Of a stretch of 64,000 nt of DNA, positions 1 through 9,354 are shown one piece after another. Source of the DNA: Sumerlaeia bacterium (lineage in GTDB: Bacteria; Sumerlaeota; Sumerlaeia; SLMS01; JAHLLQ01); assembly GCA_040219255.1 (NCBI GenBank), contig JAVJSW010000060.1:256001-320000 (forward strand). The letters are read 5' to 3'. How positions within the stretch are numbered: position 1 is the stretch's first letter; each line of letters starts with the position of its first letter. The notes under the pieces are model-generated. The model was not told the origin of the DNA. It made no database searches and worked only from the letters and a program-made list of their open reading frames with translations. The position numbers and the translations under genes were made by a program.

Positions 1-789
1 GTAGGTCACGACGAGCACTTGCTCCTGATCGCGCTCGGCCTTGGCGAGAAACTCTCCCTGGCAACCGGTCATGAAGCTTTGGCCCCAGAAGGTCATGCCC
101 TTGCGTTCGGCGCCGGGGCTGGGCTCCCAGCCGGTGCGGTTGATGCTGATGACGGGGACGCAGTTTGCCACCGAATGGCCGCGCTGCACCGTGGTCCAGG
201 CTTCGATCTGGCGCGCGTGCTCGTCCTCCGGGTCTTCCGGTTTGAAGCCGATCGCCGTGGGGTAAATCAGGAACTCGGCGCCCGCCAGGGCCATCAGGCG
301 CGCGGCCTCGGGATACCACTGATCCCAGCACACCAGCACGCCGAGCTTTCCAACGCTGGTCTGTATCGGCGACATGCCGGTATCGCCGGGGGTGAAGTAG
401 AACTTCTCGTAATAGCCCGGGTCGTCGGGGATGTGGCTCTTGCGGTAAATGCCGGCGATCGAGCCGTCTTTCTCCAGCACCACGGCGGTGTTGTGATAGA
501 GTCCGGGGCCGCGCTTCTCGAAGAGCGAAATGACGATCACGACGCCCAGCTCCTTGGCCAGCGCGCCGAACTCTTCGGTGGAGGGGCCGGGGATCGTTTC
601 GCCCCAATCCTCGAACACCGCGTCCGCTTGCACTTGGCAGAAGTAGGGGCCGTTGTGGAGTTCCTGGAGACAGATAAGCTGAGCGCTCTGGGCGGCGGCG
701 TCGCGGATTCCGGCTTTCAGCTTCGCCACATTGACGTCGCGGTCCGGGCCGCAGGTTTGCTGGACGAGTCCGACGGTGACATTCGGCAT
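1..789 (-). CDS. Carbon-nitrogen hydrolase (nitrilase superfamily, N-carbamoylputrescine amidase-like); 3' end runs off the window
   Basis: Manual translation from ATG at 789 (absent from the ORF track): MPNVTVGLVQQ...CLQELH...YRKSHIPDDPGYYEKFYFTPGD...VLVCWDQWYPEAAR, containing the E-K-C triad motifs. Confidence 0.9.
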   Translation of the reverse strand, partial: MPNVTVGLVQQTCGPDRDVNVAKLKAGIRDAAAQSAQLICLQELHNGPYFCQVQADAVFEDWGETIPGPSTEEFGALAKELGVVIVISLFEKRGPGLYHNTAVVLEKDGSIAGIYRKSHIPDDPGYYEKFYFTPGDTGMSPIQTSVGKLGVLVCWDQWYPEAARLMALAGAEFLIYPTAIGFKPEDPEDEHARQIEAWTTVQRGHSVANCVPVISINRTGWEPSPGAERKGMTFWGQSFMTGCQGEFLAKAERDQEQVLVVTY

Positions 790-885
790 GGTGGGGACGA
801 TTCCTCGGGTGCAATGAGTTGCAATGGGAGCTAACGGCGGCGCGTCCGGGGTGCAAGCGGGGAAGTTGTCGCGAAGGATTCTGGA

Positions 886-1065
886 ACCTCCGAGGGACGC
901 GGAGGAACGCGGACTGGGGCGCCTGATCCTTCAAGATATCTCACCACGGAGACGCGGAGTCACGGAGATGATTGGTATAAGCCATGTTACGTTGGACTAC
1001 AGTGGGAAGCAAGCCCCTGAACAACTGAAGCATCTGTGCTCGACTGCGTCATCTGTGGCCAAAAA
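886..1065. repeat. Periodic intergenic repeat arms (family locus 1)
   Basis: AACCTCCGAGGGACGCGGAGGAACGCGGA (886), TCACCACGGAGACGCGGAGTCACGGAGAT (941), and inverted arm CATCTGTGCTCGACTGCGTCATCTGTGGCCAAAA (1031), just past the surE stop. Confidence 0.7.
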
Positions 1066-1069
1066 TCAG

Positions 1070-1894
1070 TCATCCAGCCGCTCCAAAGACGATCCGGTTC
1101 CAGTTCTCCTCCAGGGCCCGCCGCGCCGCGTCCGGGACGGCGACGGTCATGTCGAGGTTCAGAAGGCTGAGCGACGCCGCACCCGCGTCGAGAATGATGT
1201 CGTCGCTGTCGGCCGGTTCGGTGCTTTTCTCCAGGTGCTTTCCGACATTCTTGTAATAAAGCAGATCGCCTTCTTCTCGTTCGAGCACGAAATCGTCCAC
1301 GAAAAACGAGGTGCCCTGATGGGTGAAGCGCAGGCCCTTGATTTCATCCAACGCCCGATTGGGCACGTTCAGGTTCCAGAAGTGACGCGGCGGCCAGTCC
1401 TGCTCGAGGAGCCAGGGAATGAGGCGGACGACCATCCGGGCGGCGGCGTCGAAGTGCTTCTCGCTTTTCTCGGCCGACACGGAGAGCGACGATGCCAGGG
1501 CCCGAAGGCCGAAGAAGGTGGCTTCCGTGGCGCCGGCCACGGTGCCCGAGTAGAACACCGAATTGCCGACGTTGCGGCCCCGGTTGATGCCGCTCAGCAC
1601 CAGGTCCGGGCGGTAATCGCCCAGCGCCGTCATGGCGAACTTCACGCAATCGGCCGGCGTGCCATCCACCGACCAGCCCCAGATCGAACCGTCGGGCCGG
1701 TAACGTTTCTGCACCGGCATGGCCAGGTTCAGCGACAGCGAGCATCCGGCGCCGGAGCGCTCGGACATCGGCGCCACCACCAGCAAATCGCAGCACCCCT
1801 CCAGCGCCTGGCGCAGCGCCTGGAGCCCGGGAGCGTCGATCCCGTCGTCGTTCACCAGCAATATTTTCGCACCTGAGAAATTGGCCTCGGTCAT
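1070..1894 (-). CDS. surE: 5'/3'-nucleotidase SurE
   Basis: ILLVNDDGIDAPG, SVDGTPADCV, VLSGINRGRNVG and YSGTVAGA motifs. Confidence 0.95.
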   Translation of the reverse strand: MTEANFSGAKILLVNDDGIDAPGLQALRQALEGCCDLLVVAPMSERSGAGCSLSLNLAMPVQKRYRPDGSIWGWSVDGTPADCVKFAMTALGDYRPDLVLSGINRGRNVGNSVFYSGTVAGATEATFFGLRALASSLSVSAEKSEKHFDAAARMVVRLIPWLLEQDWPPRHFWNLNVPNRALDEIKGLRFTHQGTSFFVDDFVLEREEGDLLYYKNVGKHLEKSTEPADSDDIILDAGAASLSLLNLDMTVAVPDAARRALEENWNRIVFGAAG

Positions 1895-2000
1895 TTTTCG
1901 TCCTTACTGTCGGTCATCTTTCCTTGTGACACCCTGACGAGACTCCGGTAGGCGTAACAAGCGAGAGTTTCTCGTCAGAACGATCCGCAAGAGCCGACCC

Positions 2001-5000
2001 ATGAAAACACCCGTCTTCCGTCCTTTCCAGCAAACCGGCCGCCTGGTGGCGCACCTGCTGACCATCGCTTTCACGGCGTCCTGCGCGATGGCCCAGCCCC
2101 CGGGCGAGTCGCCCTGGTGGGTGCAGCACGACTTGGGCCCGATGCTCGAATCGCGCCCGGCGGGGGAGAAGAACCCTCAAAGCGAGAAGGGCGAGCGGCC
2201 CCTGGTGGTCCTGCCGGAAATCGAGAATCCGGCCCTGGAACTGCTCAACGGCGAAGGCTTTCCCCTCGGATGGTCCGCCATTGGCGCGCCCGAAATCCTG
2301 AAGCACCCGGACGGCCGGGTGACGCTTCGGGCCAACAATCTCAATGGGCTGCGCCAGCAACTCGACCGGCCCGTGCCCTGGCAGCACCTGGGTTTCGCCT
2401 TTCGGGCCAAGGGCGAGTTGGGCGGCGAAGTCGCTACCGTGGCCTCGTTCTTTCCAGGGCGCGAGGAAGACATCCTGTTCCGCAATAGCTCGGGGGTTGT
2501 AGAGCAGGAATTCAAGACCCTCTACGGCACGATCCCGATCCTGCCCGGCGGCGATACGATGGAGATTCAGTTGCTCGGGATTCTGCCGCGCTACTGGGTC
2601 GAAATCGACGAGGTGGCGCTATTCGGCGAGAACTTCCTCGGTGGCGATTTCGAGGACGAATTCACGACCGGTGGTCTGGTGCCGTGGGTTCTGGAAGGCG
2701 GCGCGCGTCTGACCACGGACACGGTGCGCGGCGGCGAGCGGGCGCTGTACCTGCCGCCGGGGGCGAGTGCCACGGCGACGGTTGCGGCGATGGAAGGCTG
2801 GGAACAGTACGTCGAAGAATTCCACGTCCTCTTCGATCCGCGAAAATCCCTCCCGATCGGGATTGATCGGGTCTTCCTGGACTCCGGCGGCGCGGAGATT
2901 TCCATCGACCAAGAGATCTTTGCGATTACTTACGAACCAATCTGGAAGCGGGTCTTCCGCACGCCACCGAAGGCTCCGCCCGCTGGTGCTAGGGCCGCGC
3001 GTATCACCTTCAAGAACCTCTCTGATGTGAGGGTGCATATCGACGACATGGTGCGCGGCTTCATGACGGTGACCCCGGACCCGTTCGTTCTGGATCATCC
3101 CGAGCCGGACGCAGCGGTGCGCTTCATCGCGAGCTGGCCCGGATTCTTGAAGGACGACTTCCGCATCCGCCTATCCGATTCGATGGGTACGACGGTGGCC
3201 AGTTTTACCTCTCCGGTCCTGAGCCAGCGGGCGTCCGTCGCGGAATGGATCCCGCCTGCGGACCTGGAGCCCGGCTCCTACCAGGTCAACATCGCAACCC
3301 TCGATTCGGCCACCACGAGTATCTCGAGTTACATCACGGATACGGAGTTGATCGCCCGCCCGCCCTATGGCGACCCGGTAACGCTCGATCCGCCCGGCGG
3401 TTTCCCCATCGGAGCCTGGACCTATCTGGTCCGCACGGAAAACACCGAAGACGCCATCCGGCCCATCCTGGAAGCCTCGCAAGCGGACGGTTACACCTAC
3501 GCCCTCGTCTTCGCCAACACCGAGCAATGGCCGCTCGTGGCCTCCATCTGCGAGGACATCGGCCATCCCTTCGTGGCGGGGGATTTCGCTCTGCTGCGGC
3601 GCATCCGGGCCCAGCAAACCCTGGCGCCCTTCTCCTTCGCCGAATGGGAGGCGCTGATCGCCGAGACCATCGCCCCCGCCCTCGCCAGCCCCGCCTGCAT
3701 TGGTCACTACGTCGTGGACGAGCCCTTCACGCGGGAGTCCTGGCGCCGAGCCCACGCCGCCATTCAAATGGCCACGGTGATCCCGAACGGGAAAGGCACC
3801 CTGATGGCCATGGCGGGCGGCACGGTGGACGATGGCATCTATGATGTCATCGAGCCCCCGATCCATTTCTCGCCCGTCTATCGCCACCAGATCGGCCAGA
3901 TGGACGACGCCGAGCAACTCCGCGCGGTCTCGAACCTGGTCGAGGCGGAAGTGGCCCGCGCCACCGCCCGTGGCGTGCCCTACTGGTTTCTGCCCCAGGC
4001 CTTCGGCGACCCGGAACTGTTCCGCTTGCCGACCCCCGAGGCCAGCCGCGCCTACGTTGGAGTCGCCCTTGCCCATGGCGCGAAAGGCCTCGTGCCGTTT
4101 CTGTGGCAAGCCATCGGTGGCCTGGAAGGCACCCGCACCCTCAACCTTGATCCGACGCCGATTCACGCCGCCTGGAACCAGGAAATCGCCCGCGTGACCG
4201 CGCTCTCGGACCTGCTCCTGGGCGTCGCCGGCCACGCCCGCGTTCCCACGGCCAGCGGCAACTTCCTTGCCACCACGGCCACCGACGCCGCCGGCAGTAC
4301 GGTGCTCTTTCTCGTGAACTATGAAACTCGCGCCGCTCAGGAAATCGTTCTCGTTCCCCAGGATAACGCCCTTCGGCTGATCGACGCGGAAACAGGTGTC
4401 GAACTTCCAAGTACCTCAGGCAACACAGTCGTCGTCCTGGACCCTGGCCATTGGCGGGCGTTCCTCTTGAGGGGGGGCGGATCGCACGAATTTCAGGAAA
4501 TCAGCAGCCGGATCATCGTTCCGGCGGACGATTCGCTGGCGCTGCCGGTGCTGCTCGATCGCACGTTCCCGGGACTGACGATCTGGGACGCGGATTTCAC
4601 TGCCGATGGCGTGCTCTGGGCCGCTGCGGCGGAGACGGCCATCGTCTCCGGCAGCCGCGAGGGCCAATCCGCCAGTCAGATCCCATCCGCCGGGCAGGCT
4701 CGCCGAATCGCCCACATCGACAACGGCGCCGCCTACGTGGCCGATTGGCTGCGCGGCGTTTATCGCTTCGAACACGCCGAACAAGAACTCCTGCCCTCCT
4801 TCCTGAACCAAACCGGCCTCGCCTACGACATCGCGGCGGGCGGCGACTTCATCGCCATCAGCATGGCGGAATGGGGCGTGCGGCGCCTCGCCGAGGTCGA
4901 GGGCGAGACCTTCCTGGCGTCCGACGGCGTCATCTTTCCCGACAACTTGGCTTTCAGCCTGCACGGCCCGCTCGATGGCGGCGAAATTCTATTCTCCGAT

Positions 5001-5459
5001 TACGACGCCGGTCTGACGCTCTGGCCCGGCCCAGAGGGCGGCGACGTCGCCGAACAGGCCGATGGGCTCCGGTGGTGGCGTGGGGCGGTCTCGGTCGACG
5101 AGTCGCTCCTCGCGGTCGCCCGCAACGCGCTCGGCTTTTCGCTGCACCGATTGGACGAGGACGGCCAGGTGACCCAATCGCGCCGCCATTCGGGTTTGAC
5201 CCACTGGGCCGAGAACATGGCCTGGATCGGCCCGCGTCAGCTGGCGGTCGCCGACACCGAAGGCCACGTTCTGTTCTTCGACGTCGGCGAGGACCTGGCG
5301 GTCGAGCCGGCGGGGCGGTGGAATCGGGGCACTTTCGACGCCGCCCTGCTCGCCCTAGCGAGCGACGGCGCCACGCGTCTTCTCCTGGGCTACGACGATG
5401 GCCGGGTGATCCTGCTCAACGTGCAGGACTTGGCGCCGGCGGGCTGGATGCTCTATTGA
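2001..5459 (+). CDS. Large secreted multidomain protein: carbohydrate-binding-like modules, glycoside hydrolase-like TIM barrel, C-terminal beta-propeller
   Basis: Signal peptide-like N-terminus; ENFLGGDFE...W pattern; GHYVVDEP and ALAHGAKGLVPFLW barrel-like motifs; AYVAD/LAVAD propeller blades; ends PAGWMLY. Confidence 0.6.
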   Translation: MKTPVFRPFQQTGRLVAHLLTIAFTASCAMAQPPGESPWWVQHDLGPMLESRPAGEKNPQSEKGERPLVVLPEIENPALELLNGEGFPLGWSAIGAPEILKHPDGRVTLRANNLNGLRQQLDRPVPWQHLGFAFRAKGELGGEVATVASFFPGREEDILFRNSSGVVEQEFKTLYGTIPILPGGDTMEIQLLGILPRYWVEIDEVALFGENFLGGDFEDEFTTGGLVPWVLEGGARLTTDTVRGGERALYLPPGASATATVAAMEGWEQYVEEFHVLFDPRKSLPIGIDRVFLDSGGAEISIDQEIFAITYEPIWKRVFRTPPKAPPAGARAARITFKNLSDVRVHIDDMVRGFMTVTPDPFVLDHPEPDAAVRFIASWPGFLKDDFRIRLSDSMGTTVASFTSPVLSQRASVAEWIPPADLEPGSYQVNIATLDSATTSISSYITDTELIARPPYGDPVTLDPPGGFPIGAWTYLVRTENTEDAIRPILEASQADGYTYALVFANTEQWPLVASICEDIGHPFVAGDFALLRRIRAQQTLAPFSFAEWEALIAETIAPALASPACIGHYVVDEPFTRESWRRAHAAIQMATVIPNGKGTLMAMAGGTVDDGIYDVIEPPIHFSPVYRHQIGQMDDAEQLRAVSNLVEAEVARATARGVPYWFLPQAFGDPELFRLPTPEASRAYVGVALAHGAKGLVPFLWQAIGGLEGTRTLNLDPTPIHAAWNQEIARVTALSDLLLGVAGHARVPTASGNFLATTATDAAGSTVLFLVNYETRAAQEIVLVPQDNALRLIDAETGVELPSTSGNTVVVLDPGHWRAFLLRGGGSHEFQEISSRIIVPADDSLALPVLLDRTFPGLTIWDADFTADGVLWAAAAETAIVSGSREGQSASQIPSAGQARRIAHIDNGAAYVADWLRGVYRFEHAEQELLPSFLNQTGLAYDIAAGGDFIAISMAEWGVRRLAEVEGETFLASDGVIFPDNLAFSLHGPLDGGEILFSDYDAGLTLWPGPEGGDVAEQADGLRWWRGAVSVDESLLAVARNALGFSLHRLDEDGQVTQSRRHSGLTHWAENMAWIGPRQLAVADTEGHVLFFDVGEDLAVEPAGRWNRGTFDAALLALASDGATRLLLGYDDGRVILLNVQDLAPAGWMLY

Positions 5460-5537
5460 CCTGGATGCTTTTGGGACCCTGAGAGCCGGTTTCCGGGGGC
5501 ACTCCACGCCGTCGTCCGGCGCGCCGCCGGGAACGGG

Positions 5538-5957
5538 CTAAACGCCGTACCAGCTCCGGCAGTCCTCGCGCAGCCAGTAGTAGATGATCGGACCGGTGAC
5601 GACCGCGGGACAAACGGCGAGGCTGGAAATGCTCATCAGGACGAGGCCGTAATACCACATCCAGCTCCGACGAGGGGGGAACACGCCGGCCAGATAGAGG
5701 GGTCCGAGAGCCAGCGACACGAGCACCAGCAGCAAGGCGCCGAGCCATCCTTCGGCGAAACCCACATTGTTGATGATCGCCGCGGCGCCGAGGAGTCCGA
5801 TGCCGCAAAGGAGCGCCATCAGCCCGCAAACGATCCGGAAGAGGATAATGACGTCCGGTTCGTCCATCTCGAACTCATCGTCCGAGGTCAAGAAGCGGCC
5901 GGAAGCGGCCGCGCCGGATGAGGGACCGTACGGCCCGGGTGCGGGTGGCGGGGTCAT
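5538..5957 (-). CDS. Hypothetical membrane protein
   Basis: 139 aa with 3-4 hydrophobic segments; AAGGAG upstream of the ATG. Confidence 0.65.
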   Translation of the reverse strand: MTPPPAPGPYGPSSGAAASGRFLTSDDEFEMDEPDVIILFRIVCGLMALLCGIGLLGAAAIINNVGFAEGWLGALLLVLVSLALGPLYLAGVFPPRRSWMWYYGLVLMSISSLAVCPAVVTGPIIYYWLREDCRSWYGV

Positions 5958-6142
5958 GGGCGGTGTCTCCTTGCGTCGTGATGGAGCCGGTGCCGTGCCT
6001 GTCGATTGCTCTGCGAGTCAAGCCCCGGGAGAAGGCCGGGAGCAACGCGAAAGAAGAGCCGGCTCTTCTGGAATTACGCCCGGTGAATCCCGTTATTCCT
6101 TGCTCCGGACCAGACTTCGGGATTTCACTGGAGGGCAACTGA

Positions 6143-7909
6143 TTGCACTCCGTTCCGACGAATCCCGATTCCGATCCAAAAGACCCGATGAATTCAGACG
6201 CCACCATAGTTCTCAATGCCCACCGGCTCTACGTCGGGGGAAAAGCTCACACCCCTGTATTGCGTGCCCTGCTGGTAACGCCGGACGGCCAGGCCGCCCT
6301 CGGTACCCATGGGGACGGTCTGCTGTTGGGCCGGCTGGACAAGGACCGAAGCTGGCACCGGCTGACGAAAGAGCAGGGCTTGTCGTGGCGCAACGTGTCC
6401 GCGTTGGCGGCCAAGGATGACAACCTGTGGGTGGGGACGTCCGGCGGGGGAGCGGCGCTGATCCGGCGCTGGCGCTCGAGCGAGCCCGAGGTGTACGCGC
6501 TGCGGCCCTTCGCCCGGCGCCATCGCTACATCACCGGCGTCGGGCCGTGGGGCAGCGGGGCCTTCGTGGCCACGGCGGATGGTCTGCTGAGGCTCAACCA
6601 CAACGGCGAAATCGAAGAGGAATGGGCCCGCGAGACCTTCGGCCATGAATACCTGACGGCCCTCTGGGTGAACGAGGAAACTCACACCGTGGTGGCCGGC
6701 AATATCCGCGCCGGGATGATCTCGCGCGATGGCGGCGATAGCTGGACCGCACTTTGGCCGGAAGAGACCCAGGACGCCCGCCGCAACCGCGTCCGCCACA
6801 TCCTGCCGCTGCCGGGGGGCGATGGCTTTGCCGTCGCCACGGATGGGGGACTGGCGATTTCCCACGACATGGGGACCAGCTGGAACTGGCCGGAAACGGC
6901 GCTGGGCCCGGAGCCGCTGCGCCGGATCGCTTTCGCCGAGGACGGCACCGTCCTGGCCGCCAGTTACCAAGGGCTGCTGAACTGCCCCCTCGACGGCGGC
7001 GGCGTGGTCCTTCAGCCCCGCGAAGAGCACGGCCCCTCCAACGATATTTACGATGTGGCCGTTTGGCAGGGCGCCATTTACTTGGCGACCGGTGCGGGCT
7101 TGATCTCGACGGCGGCGAAGGCCCCGGCCACGCCCCCGCGAAAACCCGAGATCTTCGACCTGGAGCCGTTGCCCCTCAAGGACGGATGGCCCTTCCTCGC
7201 GATCGAGCGTCCCGTGGCGCCAGAGGATCAACCCTATCCCGATCAGACCTATCTCTTCGCCACGACCTGTGGCGGCGAGTTCCGCCCCCACGAAGGCATC
7301 GACGTGAACGTGATCCCGGACGCGCCGATGCGGGCCTGCGCCGCCGGCCGCATCCGCCGCGTCCGCGAACGCGACGGCAACGCGGTCTATCTGGACCACG
7401 ATCAGCGCTACAACGGCTGGATCATGACGACCGTGTACGTCCACAACAACAAGATCGTGGTGCGCGAGCACGAGCGTGTCGAACCGGGACAGATCATCGC
7501 GCTGGCGGGCGACAAGGGGCGCGCCACAAATTCACACCTGCACTACGAAGTGCGCTGGCGGCCCGAAGATGTGTCGCTCGACAAGAGCTTCGTCACCAAT
7601 CCGGGGCTCTGGCTCAAACCGGCGGAACCGAACCTGGGGGCGGTGGCGTTTCGCTACATCAAGGGCCAGGAACCGGTGCGAATCACCGGCATCGCCAAGC
7701 CCTATCCGGCCGAGACGCCCTTCGCCTACGCCGAATCGCCCCACCCGAGCCTGATCTTCGACGCCCCCGGCAGTGGCTGGATCGTGATCAGCGACGTCCC
7801 CGCGGGGCGCCACGCCCTGGAATTCCGGCAAGGAAATCGCATCTCCCGCGCCGCGGTCACGGTCGAGGCGGGCGCTCTGCGCCTCTTCGACTTGCCACCG
7901 ATGGGTTGA
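6143..7909 (+). CDS. Beta-propeller plus M23 family metallopeptidase
   Basis: LWVGTSGGG, SRDGGDSW and SHDMGTSW repeats; HEGID (HxxxD) and SHLHYEVR (HxH) M23 zinc motifs. Alternative start at 6188. Confidence 0.8.
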   Translation: MHSVPTNPDSDPKDPMNSDATIVLNAHRLYVGGKAHTPVLRALLVTPDGQAALGTHGDGLLLGRLDKDRSWHRLTKEQGLSWRNVSALAAKDDNLWVGTSGGGAALIRRWRSSEPEVYALRPFARRHRYITGVGPWGSGAFVATADGLLRLNHNGEIEEEWARETFGHEYLTALWVNEETHTVVAGNIRAGMISRDGGDSWTALWPEETQDARRNRVRHILPLPGGDGFAVATDGGLAISHDMGTSWNWPETALGPEPLRRIAFAEDGTVLAASYQGLLNCPLDGGGVVLQPREEHGPSNDIYDVAVWQGAIYLATGAGLISTAAKAPATPPRKPEIFDLEPLPLKDGWPFLAIERPVAPEDQPYPDQTYLFATTCGGEFRPHEGIDVNVIPDAPMRACAAGRIRRVRERDGNAVYLDHDQRYNGWIMTTVYVHNNKIVVREHERVEPGQIIALAGDKGRATNSHLHYEVRWRPEDVSLDKSFVTNPGLWLKPAEPNLGAVAFRYIKGQEPVRITGIAKPYPAETPFAYAESPHPSLIFDAPGSGWIVISDVPAGRHALEFRQGNRISRAAVTVEAGALRLFDLPPMG

Positions 7910-8020
7910 TTCGTTTAGCACCCAAGTAAGAGGGCCTTCCCCCGGGGATCGTCCACCATCCCCGACCCGCACCCACCGAGCCCGCGACACCGCGTGCATG
8001 GCGCGGCGAACGATTGACTT

Positions 8021-9262
8021 ATGCTCCTTGGCGAAAGCGTCCGTATCGGCATCACGGAGATCCGGATGCACAAACTCCGCAGCCTGCTGACCATGCTCGG
8101 CGTGATCTTCGGTATCGCCGCCGTCATCGGCGTGTCCAGCATCGGCGCCGGCGCCGCCGCCGGGCTGAACAAGCAGCTCGCTCTCCTGGGCACCAACACC
8201 ATCCGCGTCCGCAAGGTGGAGCTGAAGGGTCCGGACGCCGTTTCGGCCCGCCGCAATTCTCCTTACGGCATGACGCTCGACGATGCCGCCGCCATCCGCG
8301 AAGTTCTGCCCAGCATCGAGTCCCTGTCCCCGATCAAGTACCGCAAGGACCTGAACGCTTTTTCCGGCGATGAAACCCTGCAAGCCGACATCGTGGGCGC
8401 CGGACCGGAGCTGCCCCAGGTGGTCGGCTATCGGATGAAGACCGGCCGGTTTATCTCGGACATCGACGAGAAGGAGGCCAAGCAGGTCGTCGTGATCGGC
8501 GCCGATGTGCGCCGCGCCGCCTTCCCCCTCGAGGACCCGGTCGGCAAGCAGCTCGTCATCGCCGGCCAACTCTACACCGTCATCGGTGTCGTCGCCGCCC
8601 GGGGTTCCGGCGGCGGGGAAACGGTGATCGACGTGGGCAACGTGGACCGGCAGATTTTCCTGCCGGTGAATACGGTGCTGCGGCGCCTTTCGCCGAATAC
8701 CGATCCGCGCGCCCACAACCTGGACGAAATCGTGATCAAGGTGGGCGACGAAGCCCTGCACGCCAGCACCGCCCAGGTGGTGGAGAATCTGCTGTCGCGG
8801 CGCCATCGCGAGGCCAAGGACTTCGAGTTGCTGATTCCGGAGGAACTGATCCGCCAGCAGCAGGAGGCGGAAGCGATCTTTCAGAACGTTCTGATTTTCG
8901 TCGCCGGGCTGAGCCTCCTGGTCGGTGGCATCGGCATCATGAACATCATGCTGGCCACCGTGACCCAGCGTACCCGCGAAATCGGCATCCGGCGCGCGCT
9001 CGGCGCGACGCGAAACGACATCCTGGGCCAGTTCCTCATCGAATCCCTCATCATCAGCCTTCTCGGCGGCGGCATCGGCATCGGCATCGGCTACGCGATG
9101 GCCGAAGGCATGGAACAGTACGTCGGCTTCGAGACGCTCATTCCCATGCAGGCGGTGGTCCTGGCGACAGGGGTTGCGGCGGGCGTGGGTTTTGTCTTCG
9201 GATTCTACCCGAGCATGAAGGCGGCGCAGCTCGATCCCATCGAAGCCCTTCGCAGCGAATAA
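8021..9262 (+). CDS. ABC transporter permease, MacB/FtsX family
   Basis: RSLLTMLGVIFGIAAV, VGGIGIMNIMLATVTQRTREIGIRRALGA, LDPIEALRSE. Confidence 0.93.
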   Translation: MLLGESVRIGITEIRMHKLRSLLTMLGVIFGIAAVIGVSSIGAGAAAGLNKQLALLGTNTIRVRKVELKGPDAVSARRNSPYGMTLDDAAAIREVLPSIESLSPIKYRKDLNAFSGDETLQADIVGAGPELPQVVGYRMKTGRFISDIDEKEAKQVVVIGADVRRAAFPLEDPVGKQLVIAGQLYTVIGVVAARGSGGGETVIDVGNVDRQIFLPVNTVLRRLSPNTDPRAHNLDEIVIKVGDEALHASTAQVVENLLSRRHREAKDFELLIPEELIRQQQEAEAIFQNVLIFVAGLSLLVGGIGIMNIMLATVTQRTREIGIRRALGATRNDILGQFLIESLIISLLGGGIGIGIGYAMAEGMEQYVGFETLIPMQAVVLATGVAAGVGFVFGFYPSMKAAQLDPIEALRSE

Positions 9263-9354
9263 GTCGGACTCGCGCAATACGCTTTCGTTGTTAGACTTGC
9301 TCCGGGGATTTCCATGCTCCAAACTATCCGTCAACTGGAGCGAAGGATAGACCC

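Noticed and set aside
886-1065. Repeat arms as a CRISPR array or integron attC sites
   Set aside because: No regular repeat-spacer array, no cas or integrase gene, and no RYYYAAC/GTTRRRY ends.
19-1876. Plus-strand ORFs 19..834 and 824..1876
   Set aside because: Antisense to the clear nitrilase-family gene and surE.
1934-1980. CTGACGA resembling a hammerhead ribozyme core
   Set aside because: No correctly placed GAAA or three-stem architecture; the motif is paired within a simple inverted repeat.
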